Below, in pieces: positions 30,292-41,001 of a stretch of DNA of 64,000 nt. The notes under the pieces were generated by a model, which worked only from the letters and a program-made list of their open reading frames with translations, was not told the DNA's origin and ran no database searches. The DNA is from Sedimentisphaerales bacterium. Lineage in GTDB: Bacteria > Planctomycetota > Phycisphaerae > Sedimentisphaerales > SM23-30. The translations under genes were made by a program, and so were the position numbers. Location of the stretch: positions 64,001 through 128,000 of the forward strand of contig CAXXFK010000006.1 of the NCBI GenBank assembly GCA_963663965.2. Direction: 5' to 3'. Position 1 is the first letter of the stretch. Each line of letters begins with the position of its first letter.

Positions 30292-30359
30292 TTGCGATTT
30301 GCCAGTTTTATAAATTGCAAATTGCAATTATTAGGCTATATTATAGTTGCAGAATGCCA
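30292..30359. promoter_or_regulatory. Three imperfect TTGC-N5-GC(A/C)A palindromes, putative enhancer (UAS) sites
   Basis: TTGCGATTTGCCA (30292), TTGCAAATTGCAA (30315), TTGCAGAATGCCA (30347). Confidence 0.6.
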
Positions 30360-30385
30360 TACTTTTTATAATCGAAAGGCTTATC

Positions 30386-31744
30386 TTGAATTCCTTGCCT
30401 GTTAATCAATACGCCGCTGTCATGCTCGACTCCATCAACGAAGGGGTATTTACGGTGGACAGCGACTGGCGCATTACGACGTTTAATAAAGCCGCCGAGC
30501 GGATTACCGGCATAGCCCGGTCGGATGCCTATGGCAAATTATGCTGGGATGTCTTTCATGCGAGTCTCTGTGAGAAATCCTGCGCGCTGAAACAAACCAT
30601 GGCATCCGGCAAACCGGTTATCAATGCCCTCGCCCATGTCATCGATATTCATGGCAAACGAATCCCCATACGGTTGTCCACTGCTCTGTTAAAAGATCCG
30701 CAGGGCCGTGTGATTGGTGGGGTAGAGACCTTTCAGGACCTGAGTCAGGTTGAGCAATTGCAGAAGGAATTACATGCCCAATATTCCTGTGAAGATATTC
30801 TGGGTCGCAGTCCGGAAATGCGAAAGCTGTTTGAAATCCTGCCGCAAGTGGCCGAAAGTTCCAGCACGGTACTGATTGAAGGGGCCAGTGGAACCGGTAA
30901 AGAGCTTTTTGCCCGCGCCCTGCACAACCTGTCCCCGCGCAAGTCGGGCCGGTTTGTGGCGGTCAATTGTGCCGCCTTACCCGATTCTTTACTCGAAAGC
31001 GAATTATTCGGTTATAAAGCGGGCGCCTTTACCGATGCCCGCAAGGATAAACCGGGGCGGTTTCTGCTGGCCCAACACGGCACGATCTTTCTGGATGAGA
31101 TCGGTGATATTTCGCCGGCCATGCAAGTCAGATTACTGCGCGTATTGCAGGAACGCGAAATCGAACCGCTGGGGGCGACCCAAACCATTCCCGTGGATGT
31201 ACGCGTTATTGCCGCTACCAATAAAAATCTGTACCATCTGGTCCGCAAAGGCAAGTTCCGGGATGACCTCTATTATCGCATTCGCGTGGTTGCGCTAAAA
31301 CTACCACCCCTCTGCCGGCGTCGGGAGGATATCCCCATGCTGGTGGATCATTTGGTGGATAAATTCCGCCACCTCCACAATAAAGATATAGTCGGCGTTT
31401 CCAATGAAGTCCTGGCCATTTTAATGAATCATGATTTCCCCGGCAATATCCGGGAACTGGAAAATATTATCGAACAGGGATTCGTCTTGTGCCAGAGTGG
31501 TTTCATCCAGACCCGGCATCTGCCTCCCGAACTGCGCGGATCCGATCAAAATCCGACCGGCGACCTGCACCCCATGTCATTACGCGCGATGGAAAAACAC
31601 CTGATCACCGAATCCCTCCGCCGCCACAACGGCAAACGCTCACTGGCCGCCCGCGAACTCGATATCGATCCCAGCACTCTTTATCGTAAAATGAAAAGTT
31701 ATGCCATCGAGTTCCCGGCTGGGAATAACAACTCAAACCCGTGA
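30386..31744 (+). CDS. PAS-domain sigma54-dependent transcriptional activator
   Basis: PAS domain, GASGTGKE, ESELFG, GAFTDA, FLDEIGD, PGNIRELEN, Fis-type HTH; start uncertain (TTG 30386 or 30347). Confidence 0.93.
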   Translation: MNSLPVNQYAAVMLDSINEGVFTVDSDWRITTFNKAAERITGIARSDAYGKLCWDVFHASLCEKSCALKQTMASGKPVINALAHVIDIHGKRIPIRLSTALLKDPQGRVIGGVETFQDLSQVEQLQKELHAQYSCEDILGRSPEMRKLFEILPQVAESSSTVLIEGASGTGKELFARALHNLSPRKSGRFVAVNCAALPDSLLESELFGYKAGAFTDARKDKPGRFLLAQHGTIFLDEIGDISPAMQVRLLRVLQEREIEPLGATQTIPVDVRVIAATNKNLYHLVRKGKFRDDLYYRIRVVALKLPPLCRRREDIPMLVDHLVDKFRHLHNKDIVGVSNEVLAILMNHDFPGNIRELENIIEQGFVLCQSGFIQTRHLPPELRGSDQNPTGDLHPMSLRAMEKHLITESLRRHNGKRSLAARELDIDPSTLYRKMKSYAIEFPAGNNNSNP

Positions 31745-31815
31745 TTATGTCTGCGGTAATTATGCTGATACAACGTGACCAGACACACCTGACCGAAAAA
31801 CATGTCATTAGCGTT

Positions 31816-32133
31816 TTAACCGGATATCGTTTGTGATGAAATGGCATTTTGCGCCCGGCAAAACGCTTCCTTAAAAAGTTGGAGATTACGGGCTGGATCT
31901 TGTTTATAGGAAATAATACGGAGCGACCTGTTGCCTTCGATCCCTTTGAGAAAATAACAGTTTTTAACATGAACCTTAAAAAATGGTCGGGCGAAGTCCG
32001 GATAGTAATCCAGATTACCTTCGGATGCCCAGAACAGGATAAATGCTTTATGGATTGGCTCATCCAGTAATATCTCTTGCATAATGGTGCCGTCAAAGCA
32101 GTCTTCAACCGGTTTTGTCTGGACAATATTCAT
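31816..32133 (-). CDS. Hypothetical protein downstream of the cysteine desulfurase
   Basis: 105-aa ORF (VEDCFDG...YYPDFARPFF) in line with the operon. Confidence 0.65.
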   Translation of the reverse strand: MNIVQTKPVEDCFDGTIMQEILLDEPIHKAFILFWASEGNLDYYPDFARPFFKVHVKNCYFLKGIEGNRSLRIISYKQDPARNLQLFKEAFCRAQNAISSQTISG

Positions 32134-32161
32134 ATTATTTCATTTCAGGTATTCAACGTGG

Positions 32162-33310
32162 TCAGAGAGCGTGGATCATTTGTTTCAGTGCATCGATTAG
32201 AGTTTGTATTTCTGAAGCATGATTCAAAAACGAGCAGCTGATCCGCACGGTTCCGCCACTCGAACTGCCTAGATAGGAATGGATCAGGGGCGCGCAGTGC
32301 AGTCCGGTCCTGCAAATGATACCAAACGAATGTTCCAGTATAAATCCGCATTCTTCAGCCGGAATCCCTTTGATGTTAAAACTGACAATGGCATCGAAAT
32401 GGTCTGAATCTTCGGTAAGCCGACTGCGGTACAATGTCACCCGTGGTTCATCAAGCAGAAACTCCAAGAGAGGCTTGATCAGTTGAGTCTTATGCTGCTG
32501 GATAGATGAAGGGCTGTTTTGCCGGCAGAAAGTTACCCCGGCGCCCAGGGATGAAAATCCCGGGCCATTCAACGTGCCCGCTTCATACCTGGCCGGGCGT
32601 TCGATCGGTTGCAATTGATAATCACTGCGCGTGCCGGTGCCTCCGGTAATGAGGGGCGCCGGTTGAAAAGTATCCGCCAGATATAACCCTCCGGTTCCCT
32701 GATAACCGAAGAGATTTTTGTGCCCGGCAAAAACCAGCGCATCAACAGGAATGTCTCGGATATGAATGGGTATTGATCCGGCGGATTGCGATGCGTCCAC
32801 GACCAGGCAGGCTGGATGATCTTTGACGAGATGACCGATGGCTTCGATATCCTGAATAGCGCCGGTAACATTACTGCAGTGATTGACCACTACCATCCTG
32901 GTCGTTGGCGTCAGGGCGTCACCAATGGCTTCCGGAGATACAAAACCCAGTTGATCGCATGGAACGATAGTGATATCGATTCCCCGCTCAAGCTTGAGAT
33001 GGTTAAGCGGCCGGTAGACGGAGTTGTGTTCGATGGCGGTTGTGACAACATGATCCCCGGGCCCCAGTGACCCCAGCATGACAAGATTAAGGGCATACGT
33101 GGCGCCTGGTGTCAGGATGATGTCAGACGAATGCTCGGCGCCCAGTAGCCGGGTTAAAGCCTCACGGCAAGACCGGACCGGATCTCGATCATATTGTTCG
33201 ACCCCTGCGCGCCCGGCATGAGATGGAAACGAACAGATCGTCTGTTGAACCGCTTGCAGAACGACTTCTGGTTTGGGGTAGCTGGTGGCGGCATTATTAA
33301 AATAGATCAT
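32162..33310 (-). CDS. Cysteine desulfurase family protein (aminotransferase class V, SufS-like)
   Basis: YFNNAATS, EHNSV, DASQS, AGHK (PLP Lys), EAGT, RTGLHCAP. Confidence 0.93.
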   Translation of the reverse strand: MIYFNNAATSYPKPEVVLQAVQQTICSFPSHAGRAGVEQYDRDPVRSCREALTRLLGAEHSSDIILTPGATYALNLVMLGSLGPGDHVVTTAIEHNSVYRPLNHLKLERGIDITIVPCDQLGFVSPEAIGDALTPTTRMVVVNHCSNVTGAIQDIEAIGHLVKDHPACLVVDASQSAGSIPIHIRDIPVDALVFAGHKNLFGYQGTGGLYLADTFQPAPLITGGTGTRSDYQLQPIERPARYEAGTLNGPGFSSLGAGVTFCRQNSPSSIQQHKTQLIKPLLEFLLDEPRVTLYRSRLTEDSDHFDAIVSFNIKGIPAEECGFILEHSFGIICRTGLHCAPLIHSYLGSSSGGTVRISCSFLNHASEIQTLIDALKQMIHAL

Positions 33311-33337
33311 GAATAGCGACGATCGTCTGTAGCGTTA

Positions 33338-33931
33338 TCATGCGCGGGTGATAATAAATTCTCCGTAGGAATCGCCCATTTCAATGCCTTTGGTCTGGGT
33401 GCACTTGAAAGTCCCCAGGCCCTCTGGATAAGCCTGGCCATACGCAATATCCATAAAAGCCCGGCAAACGCCGCGAATCATATAGGCGCACGGTTTCTTC
33501 ACTTGAAACGTGTCCGTGATTTCAGACTCATAATAGTTATAAGCCCTGACCACCATTTTCTGGTTCGGTTGCAATTCGACGATTTCTGAATTGGCCCATC
33601 CCCAGGCCGTGAAAACGGCGAAAGCGCCATGTAATACATCTTCCGGAACGTTGGTAATCATGGGACCGACTATCGACTGGAACTCCTCGGAGTTGACAAT
33701 GCCATATCCGGTGTGATAGCCGCATTCTGCCGCGGCCCTTTCCAACCCGGTTTCTGCCTCCTCGTAATATTTACTGCCGGCAGCCTTCAATATTTTCTCT
33801 GTAAAGGTGTTCCAGAAATAAGCGGGTAGAAATTGCACCAGCACCCCAAACGCCGGAATCAGGCCTTCCTGGTTGCCTTGGACTTTTATTTGAGAAAGGT
33901 CATGAATTGCTTTTTTGCGATCGATAGCCAT
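33338..33931 (-). CDS. V4R-like domain protein
   Basis: AWGWA, YES, PCAYMIRGVCRAF, TQTKGIEMGDSYGEF follow the V4R layout. Confidence 0.65.
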   Translation of the reverse strand: MAIDRKKAIHDLSQIKVQGNQEGLIPAFGVLVQFLPAYFWNTFTEKILKAAGSKYYEEAETGLERAAAECGYHTGYGIVNSEEFQSIVGPMITNVPEDVLHGAFAVFTAWGWANSEIVELQPNQKMVVRAYNYYESEITDTFQVKKPCAYMIRGVCRAFMDIAYGQAYPEGLGTFKCTQTKGIEMGDSYGEFIITRA

Positions 33932-33934
33932 TGC

Positions 33935-34465
33935 TCATTCTCCCTTTAAATTAAGAGTGAATTCTGATTGTTTGTGTCCCATAACGATGCTGCGTGTTTC
34001 CTCGACCTCATAGCTGCCGATTGGTTCATTATAGATAACGGAAAAGGCCCCTTGCAGATAGCCTTGTCCGATAAAGTTGACCGGTTGATTATGCCTGTTC
34101 CATTTTTTTAACCACCCTTCATCGAGGTGTGAATGGGACATAACCGCGTTGCCGCCCTTACGCCCAAAACAGGTTAATTCCAATTGTCCCAGACCAATCA
34201 AACCGAAGTATTGCGTGGCAATAGCGATTTTATCTTCCGGATCGGTAATGTTGTTGGAGATCATGTATTTCTGTAATACCAGGAAGCTGGATTCTTCCAT
34301 GGCTTCCCGCAGCAGGACGGTTCCGTTAAGGTTGTCCAGGTCAAATGCTAATTTGGTAAAAAGCGTGGCATAATGATGACAGTGCAGCACCGATGTTTCA
34401 TTGTTGACATATTGCAGCATCTTAAGGTTGTCGAATTCCTGAATAAATTGGCATTCAGCGCTCAT
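33935..34465 (-). CDS. V4R-like domain protein with HCHHY motif
   Basis: IGLGQL, PVNFIGQGYLQGAF, EVEETRSIVMGHKQSEF. Confidence 0.65.
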   Translation of the reverse strand: MSAECQFIQEFDNLKMLQYVNNETSVLHCHHYATLFTKLAFDLDNLNGTVLLREAMEESSFLVLQKYMISNNITDPEDKIAIATQYFGLIGLGQLELTCFGRKGGNAVMSHSHLDEGWLKKWNRHNQPVNFIGQGYLQGAFSVIYNEPIGSYEVEETRSIVMGHKQSEFTLNLKGE

Positions 34466-34483
34466 GAATTATTTCCTTTCTGG

Positions 34484-35626
34484 TCAATGGTGAAGGCAGC
34501 CCAGCAGTCGTTTGGCTCGAACGGTGACTCGTCCTAGTTTATTGACACCGTCGATGATTCGGAACTTCTCCTGACAGGTTCGATGGGTGTCTTTGTCGAT
34601 GTTCTCACTGATTCGAACCAGATTTTGAATCGCCTGCTTGATTTCCTGATTGGCGATGGATTGCGCATTCAGACTTTCTCGTAACTCATCATTAATGGTC
34701 ATCAGGTTCTTGGTCAGTGTGTTGAATTCTTCTGCCGCTGCCGCCTGAGAGGTCATGTTTTGAGAAATCTGCTGGGTAAAATCTTTCATTTTGGTTGTCA
34801 GATCTTCAATCGATGAAAACGCGTTAATCGCTTTGGAGGCGCTGGCTACGGATAGTTCGACATCTTTTAGGACATGCTCAACAGATTGAGTGATATGTTG
34901 CACGTTGTCCGCGCTTTGATTGGCCAGATTTTTGACTTCGTCCGCTACGATGGCGAAACCCTTGCCAAACTCACCGGCCCGGGCCGCTTCAATCGTGGCA
35001 TTCAGGGCCAGCAGCTTGGTTTGTTCTGAAATCTCGGATATGATTTCAATCGCTTGATTAATCTCTTTGGATGATTCCACCACGGAATTGATCGAGGTAA
35101 CGGTTTCAGATACGATAACCGATCCCGAACGTGCTGAATCGTTGAGTTCGCCCGCGATGATATCTGAATTGGCGGCTTGCTGACTGGCTTCAGTAATCGC
35201 CAGGACCATCTGTTGGGTGCTATCGGCAAAATGATTGACAATTCGGGTTTGTTCTTCCATACGATTGCTGATCGATTCAATACTGGCAACCATTTCTGTT
35301 ACTGCCGCGGAACTGGTATTAGAGACCTCTCTCTGTTCTATCATATTCTGAGAAATATTGTTCAGCGCGTTGATCGTGTTATCGGTCATTTTGATAAAGT
35401 ATTCGAAAGCGTTGTTCAGAACGTTGACATTCATTTCCAGTTCATTGTAATAAGTGTTATTGCTCTGATGCTGTTTTCCTGACCAGAAGTTGATGGCTTT
35501 GGATAATAATAGCACAGGTAAAATGAATAACCATTTGAGTTGAATATCCCCTTCAAACAGGATTAAAGAAATAATGGCAGTTTCAATAACACTGACGACA
35601 ACGATAGAAATGAGTCTTCTAACCAT
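34484..35626 (-). CDS. Methyl-accepting chemotaxis protein without a periplasmic sensor domain
   Basis: [34 protein letters not shown] signalling hairpin; two closely spaced N-terminal TM helices. Confidence 0.92.
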   Translation of the reverse strand: MVRRLISIVVVSVIETAIISLILFEGDIQLKWLFILPVLLLSKAINFWSGKQHQSNNTYYNELEMNVNVLNNAFEYFIKMTDNTINALNNISQNMIEQREVSNTSSAAVTEMVASIESISNRMEEQTRIVNHFADSTQQMVLAITEASQQAANSDIIAGELNDSARSGSVIVSETVTSINSVVESSKEINQAIEIISEISEQTKLLALNATIEAARAGEFGKGFAIVADEVKNLANQSADNVQHITQSVEHVLKDVELSVASASKAINAFSSIEDLTTKMKDFTQQISQNMTSQAAAAEEFNTLTKNLMTINDELRESLNAQSIANQEIKQAIQNLVRISENIDKDTHRTCQEKFRIIDGVNKLGRVTVRAKRLLGCLHH

Positions 35627-36511
35627 CGATACACCTTTCTGAAGTTTCTCTCTTTTCTGCCCTGTAAAGAGTTATCTGCCAGTTAGGAAGGGTACTTAAA
35701 TCGGTCTCAAAATAATTTTTGTATTTAGCAAGGTAGGCATAAAAAAGAATTTAATTATTATGAGTGTTCACATATTCATTCTGGTGCTAGATGTCCCGGC
35801 TTATAGAAAGGGTATCGGTATGAATGACCTCCGGATATCCAAAAAAACAATCATAATACTTTGAATCATAGTAACATACAATTATTAGAGTGTGGCCTCT
35901 GAGTATAATAGGGCATGAATACCACCCACTAAGGCATCAAAATCATGGCTTAAGGATAGACAAAACGATCACCTTAACGGTATATGGGAAGTGATTCTCA
36001 ATCCCGGCTACTCATAATTCCTCCAGACGGCACCATCGAACGGGCTGCCCGCGAACAACAGTTATCAGCCTGTTCTGCGCAGGATATGGGACCTGCTGGC
36101 AACCACAGATTCAGCCCGATGTCTGACAAGTAGCTCAACCATTTCTGGTTAAGATTCTTTCACGTACAACGACAATCACCTCCCAGCAATTCTCCACCAA
36201 TCCAAACCTTACCTTGTGTATGGGCACACCTCCTTACCGTCGTTTTTCCAATTTATTCCGTCCAGGTATAGACACAATGCGTTGTGTCTCTTACTCGCTC
36301 CCGCAAAGTACAATTTATTAATAATCCTGACGGTATGGTCAGTTCGCGAACCGCCTATAGATCCCCGTGATCCCCGATATCCAAATAAGGCTCCGGCTCA
36401 AAACAGCCTTGATTAGTGTCCTTTCATGGTCGTTTATGGGATTTTTTTGAAGTTTCGCAGGTTTATAAAAAGCTCTTTCAATATTTGCGATACAAACTTT
36501 TTATATAAAAT

Positions 36512-36556
36512 AAAAAAAAGAAAGCCAAGAGGTATTATAACTTCTTGGCTTTCTTT
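36512..36556 (-). terminator. Intrinsic terminator downstream of the tRNA-Val 3' fragment
   Basis: AAAGAAAGCCAAGA / TCTTGGCTTTCTTT inverted repeat with an A-run (U-tract on the minus strand). Confidence 0.75.
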
Positions 36557-36566
36557 GATTTATGAA

Positions 36567-36608
36567 TGGGCGATACTGGACTTGAACCAGTGACCCCCAG
36601 CTTGTCGA
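36567..36608 (-). other. 3' half of tRNA-Val(GAC); island attachment site
   Basis: Minus strand TCGACAA-GCTGG-GGGTC-ACTGG-TTCAAGT-CCAGT-ATCGCCC-A; no D-arm or 5' acceptor strand upstream; adjacent to the integrase. Confidence 0.85.
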
Positions 36609-36770
36609 TTAATGGAACTTATTGGTTCTAAGTAATTTTAAAACAAGCGAATATAATTGTGCAATGTATATAAATATCTGGAAACATTGGCTTAATATCA
36701 ATTAATAGCGTATTATAGATAATTGAAACTTACTATAAATTATTCTATTTTCCTGTTTTTTCTTGCATTC

Positions 36771-36789
36771 TGTCTAAATAATGTCTAAA
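36771..36789 (+). repeat. Tandem TGTCTAAA direct repeat with 11-bp period, putative integrase arm-binding sites
   Basis: TGTCTAAAtaaTGTCTAAA between the att site and the integrase start. Confidence 0.5.
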
Positions 36790-36822
36790 AGACTTATGAA
36801 CCTTTTAAACAGGGAGAAAACC

Positions 36823-38121
36823 ATGGCAGGAAAAAGAAAAGCACCTAAGCTTCGGATCGATGGTTCTTATTATACGTCGAAAATATACACTCCGAAAGGG
36901 AACCGAACAACGATTAGTTTTGGGCATGTTAATGATAGGCCGGAACCGGAAGTTTATGCAATTTTTGCAAAATGGATTGATTTATACCAGAAGCAGCCTC
37001 AGAAAATGCTTTCTTTTGAGAGCCCCTATGAAGCTGTTGAGCAGGTAATTAATCCGACAACATTTACAACAGTGGAGGATTTTCTCGAAAGATATCTACA
37101 GTGGGCAAGTGAGAATGAAAAGGGATCTCGTGCCAGTAAGGCTGTTGATATCTATAGAATTAATCGAATAAAACGATTTCTTGAACCTTATCATGATTGG
37201 CCAGTAAATGATTTTGGACCAGACGAGTTGAAAAAAGTACAGAAAGCGTTAAGTCAATACAAATATAAGACCGGAGACAAAGAGAAGAAATATACGCGGG
37301 GTGCTATTAATGATACGATAAAGTATATTCGTAAAATATGGCGATGGGGTTTGGGCCGAAGAGTAGTCAGTTACGAAGTTGTGCAGAGTCTGGAAGAAGT
37401 CAGGCCTGTACGCCTTGGTCAAGGGGAGGTCTATGATAAGCCAAAACGGGCTCGGGTTACTTACGATGAGTTCTTTAAGGTTAGTGGGGCGGTGAATGCT
37501 ACAATCTCAGATATGCTTCAATTGATCTGGCATACAGCAATGAGGCCCTATGAAGTCTGCGAAATGCGGCCGTATGATATCTTGATTGAGGATGAAGAGT
37601 GTTGGCTCTATATTCCGGGACGGGATATAACTCCATATGGCAAACATAAAACTACACATATGGAGCGAGTTAAAGTTATTCCTTTGACCAGAAAATCTCA
37701 GGATATATTGAAGCGGCGAATCACCAATTATGATTCTAAGGATTACATCTTTAGTCCAAAAGTGGCAGTTGATGAAATTTTGGAGGAAAAGCATCAAGGG
37801 CGAAAAACGCCCTTAAAATATGGTAATCGGCCTGGAACAAATAAAAGGGAACATCCGATGATAAAGCCGGGTGAGAAGTATTCACCTAGTGCGCTTAGGA
37901 TTGCTTGTAAACGTGGTTGTATGCGGGCTGAAGTTGAGGTGTTTACACCTTATGATTTACGTCGAAGTGTAGCCACTGAAACTAGAGCTAGTTTAGGTAA
38001 AGAGGCGGCCAAAGTATTACTTGGACACACGAAGACAGATACGACAGATATTTATCTATTGGATGAAGTCAAAGAGGCTGTAAAAGTGGCCAAGTTGTTG
38101 GCTAAGATTAATGGGGAATAA
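36823..38121 (+). CDS. Tyrosine recombinase / site-specific integrase
   Basis: GGGAG RBS; catalytic motifs MRPYE, HKT, YDLRR, LLGH, IY; AT-rich relative to flanks. Confidence 0.92.
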   Translation: MAGKRKAPKLRIDGSYYTSKIYTPKGNRTTISFGHVNDRPEPEVYAIFAKWIDLYQKQPQKMLSFESPYEAVEQVINPTTFTTVEDFLERYLQWASENEKGSRASKAVDIYRINRIKRFLEPYHDWPVNDFGPDELKKVQKALSQYKYKTGDKEKKYTRGAINDTIKYIRKIWRWGLGRRVVSYEVVQSLEEVRPVRLGQGEVYDKPKRARVTYDEFFKVSGAVNATISDMLQLIWHTAMRPYEVCEMRPYDILIEDEECWLYIPGRDITPYGKHKTTHMERVKVIPLTRKSQDILKRRITNYDSKDYIFSPKVAVDEILEEKHQGRKTPLKYGNRPGTNKREHPMIKPGEKYSPSALRIACKRGCMRAEVEVFTPYDLRRSVATETRASLGKEAAKVLLGHTKTDTTDIYLLDEVKEAVKVAKLLAKINGE

Positions 38122-38517
38122 AATGAATGCTCACATTGGTTGATTTTAGGATGGGTTAGTGGTCCGTTCCGTTCTGATAATATTAGGGATTAAAAGACCA
38201 TAGCGGAATTTTGATAAACGACTACAATACAAAATGTTACGATAATAACGAGATTGAGCGTGTCCAAAAGCTTGCCCAATGCCTGTTATCCGACAAACAT
38301 TTTATGACACTTGCAGAGGAATGGGAAAAGCTTACAGAAAGCCAGAAAATTGCAGTGAATGGTATTGTTCAGGTGATAATGACACTTTGATACTTTTTGA
38401 AACGAACGGTTTGTAGATATTATTCCGCACAGGAACCAGCAGCCGATATGGCAGCGTTTGCCCCAACCACCGCTAAACCCTATTACCATCGTAAATCCTG
38501 AGAGATCCGTTGCCTAG

Positions 38518-40505
38518 CCCAAGTTCCACAGTTAGGGGGTAAAAACCGTGTTTTTGACCCCGCCAGGGCCGAAAGTCTTCACTACATGACTTTTAATTTT
38601 CCATCTGGCAGGGCAGGTCCAGGCCCAGCCGCTCCAGCAAAATCGCCTGATGATCGGTGGGTCGGCGGCCACAGCGCCGGCGGATAGATGGGCCGTTGCG
38701 GGTGGGTAATATCACATCGACCAGGCTGATTGTGCCCAGTTCGTCGAAGATACGGCGGGGTTCATCCCCCAGACCAGCCCGGCAGGTCAGCGCCGCCAGG
38801 GTTTGCCACAGCGTATAGGCCAGGAAGCAGACCAGGATATGGGTCAGCACCCGGTCCCGTTTCTGATGCCAGACAGGCCGGATTTTCAAATCGCTCTTAT
38901 GAATCCGGAAGGCAGCCTCCGCTTCGGTCAACTGGATATAGGCCCGCCATAATTCATCGGCGGTCCAGTCGGTGACATTGGTCCGCAGCAGATAACACCC
39001 TTCGTTCAACTCGGCCCAGGCCCGCCAGGACTCATTTTTGCTCCAGCGGACCGTGGCACATCCCTGCGTTTCGGTTACCTCGACGCTAAACAATCCGGCC
39101 GCCCGGTTGTTCCGGGCCAGGAGACGGCCCACCCGGCGGTCGAGGGTTTCTTTCTTATGACGCCGTTGTTCACAACTGGCCCTGAGCTTTTCCAGGGCGG
39201 TTTCAATTCGCTGTTCAAGACCGCTGGTGCATCGCCTTTTCCTTCTCCCGCCGGTCCCGGGCTGCGGCACAGGATAAAAAGCTCATCGGCCGCCTCCGGC
39301 GAAGGCACCGCTTGACCTCCAGGCCGGCATGCACCTCCCTGCCAGTTGTCTTCCAGCAACTCCCGTTCGAATCGTTTCAGGGTGTTTTTCGAAGCGCCAA
39401 TGATATACTTTCGCTGATCAGACCGCATAAATTCGATATTCGCCTGGCTGAGCATGTCCCCGGTCGCCGCACCAGATCCGGTCGGCTTGGCCATAACGGG
39501 CCTCCAGGGTGGTGACGATCTCCTGCCAGGTCTTGACATCATGGCGGTTACCCTCGAACACTTCATAGCCCAGCGGCATGCCGTCCCGGGAGACGACCAG
39601 GCCAATGCACACCTGTTTGTAGTCCGGTCGCTGGTCGCGGGAATACCCCCGCTGCGCCATCGGATTGCCCGGACACTGGCCTTCAAAATAGGTGCTGGTC
39701 ACATCGTAGAGCAGTAAATCATATTTCAGATCAAAGAGGGTGCCCAGCCGGTTCTTGAGGTGGGTTTCCAAGGCTTGTTTATGGGGCAGCAACTCATCCA
39801 GCGCCCGGTAAAGCCGCTCATCATAGACCTTGTCCGCCGGGACGCCCATCAACTCCGGCAAGGCGGTGGTGCGATAATAATGCTCGGCGATATGCAGTTC
39901 GCTGGAGGGGTTACATAACCGGCAGATGGCCATCACCTGAGCCATCCGGGACCAGGGGATCTCCTCCCGGCCCGGCGGCATGATTTCCTCCAGAACCTTA
40001 TCGAGTTCCAGCAGATGAATCAGTTGCAGGGCCAGCCAGGGACCGCCAAAGGCCAGTTCGTTCTCCACCCGAATCCCGGCGGTATCCACCTCCACCCACT
40101 GCGGCCCGGGGCGGAGCATGGGTATCGAATAAGCCCGGTTGCCGGAACGAAGAACGAGGGTTTCCCCGGGCCGCCTGTTCATCCCCAACCGTTCTGCTTC
40201 GGTCTCTGGCCCAGATAAGCCACCACCCGCTGACGCGGACCCCGTGCGGTACGATATGATTCCACCAGCATCCAGTATGCGTGCTTTTTGCCATTCTTCT
40301 TTTTATGACAGGGTCGAATAAACATACCGCCATTGTAAATCTCCAACCCCCCGAAACAAGGGTTAAGGTCTTCACTACAACGGGTTTAATAGCGATTTAT
40401 AAGGTTTGTTTATGGTCAGTACAATCCCAATCCCGCTTTACGACTCAAAAAGCAAGCCTCTACCAAAATTTATTTTTGAAATAATTTTCTACAGTGGAAC
40501 TTGGG
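38518..40505 (-). mobile_element. IS1634-family insertion sequence
   Basis: Terminal IRs CCCAAGTTCCAC / GTGGAACTTGGG, each flanked by CTAG (putative target duplication). Confidence 0.85.
38593..40325 (-). pseudogene. IS1634 transposase with multiple frameshifts
   Basis: MFIRPCHKKKNGKKHAYWMLVESYRT..., LLYDVTSTYFEG, GYSRDQRPD, YLLRTN, EAAFRIHKSDLKIRPVWH spread over three or more frames. Confidence 0.85.
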
Positions 40506-40533
40506 CTAGATCAACTGAACTTGGCCTCAATAA

Positions 40534-41001
40534 ATGTGGCATACGCCCGGGCAAGTGTTGTGGTATCGGGTCAGCCAGCAGCCGGTGTTGTTGGTTATCA
40601 GCCGCGATCCGGAAGGCAAAGAGAAGGATGACTTTTTCTTTACCACCGATGTAACGATGAAACCTGGCGAAGTGATCGGGATTTACGCCGACCGCTGGGC
40701 CATCGAAGACACCTTTCAGTTCGTCAAGCAGTACCTGGGTGGCCAGCAGCCACAAACCTATCAACGCAAAGAGCCGGAACGAGCCGCGGGGTTGAGCCTG
40801 TGGCTCTACTCGACGGCCTGGCTGTGGTATCTGCAACAGAAAGAATCCAAGCGAACCTTTTGGGTGCCGCCCTGGTATTGCCAGAAAACAACACCCAGCT
40901 TTACCGACGTGCTGACCGGCCTGCGCCGGGAACTTTGGCGCGAACGAATAAAATGCATGTTCGGAAATACTGCCGTTCATGATAAAAATTTGAGTTCTTA
41001 G
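40534..41001 (+). pseudogene. C-terminal fragment of a DDE transposase (IS701/IS4-like)
   Basis: LLVISRDPEG...FFTTD...YADRWAIEDTFQFVKQYLG...PPWY..K..PSF; N-terminus missing. Confidence 0.75.

Noticed and set aside
29812..33310. Nitrogen fixation cluster (NifX-like, NifA-like and NifS-like genes)
   Set aside because: No nifHDK or nifEN genes. These domain families are common outside nif loci, and the genes lie in separate operons.
35630..36500. Riboswitch (such as c-di-GMP) or ncRNA in the long non-coding stretch upstream of the MCP
   Set aside because: I could not match the conserved motifs by eye; an Rfam/Infernal scan would be needed.
36567..36645. Intact or intron-containing tRNA-Val
   Set aside because: No 5' acceptor strand or D-arm was found upstream or elsewhere in the window; the adjacent integrase explains it as an att fragment.
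38227..38400. Short ORF-like stretch after the integrase (LLSDKHFMTLAEEWEKLTESQKIAVNGIVQ)
   Set aside because: No clear start and interrupted by stops; too degraded to call.
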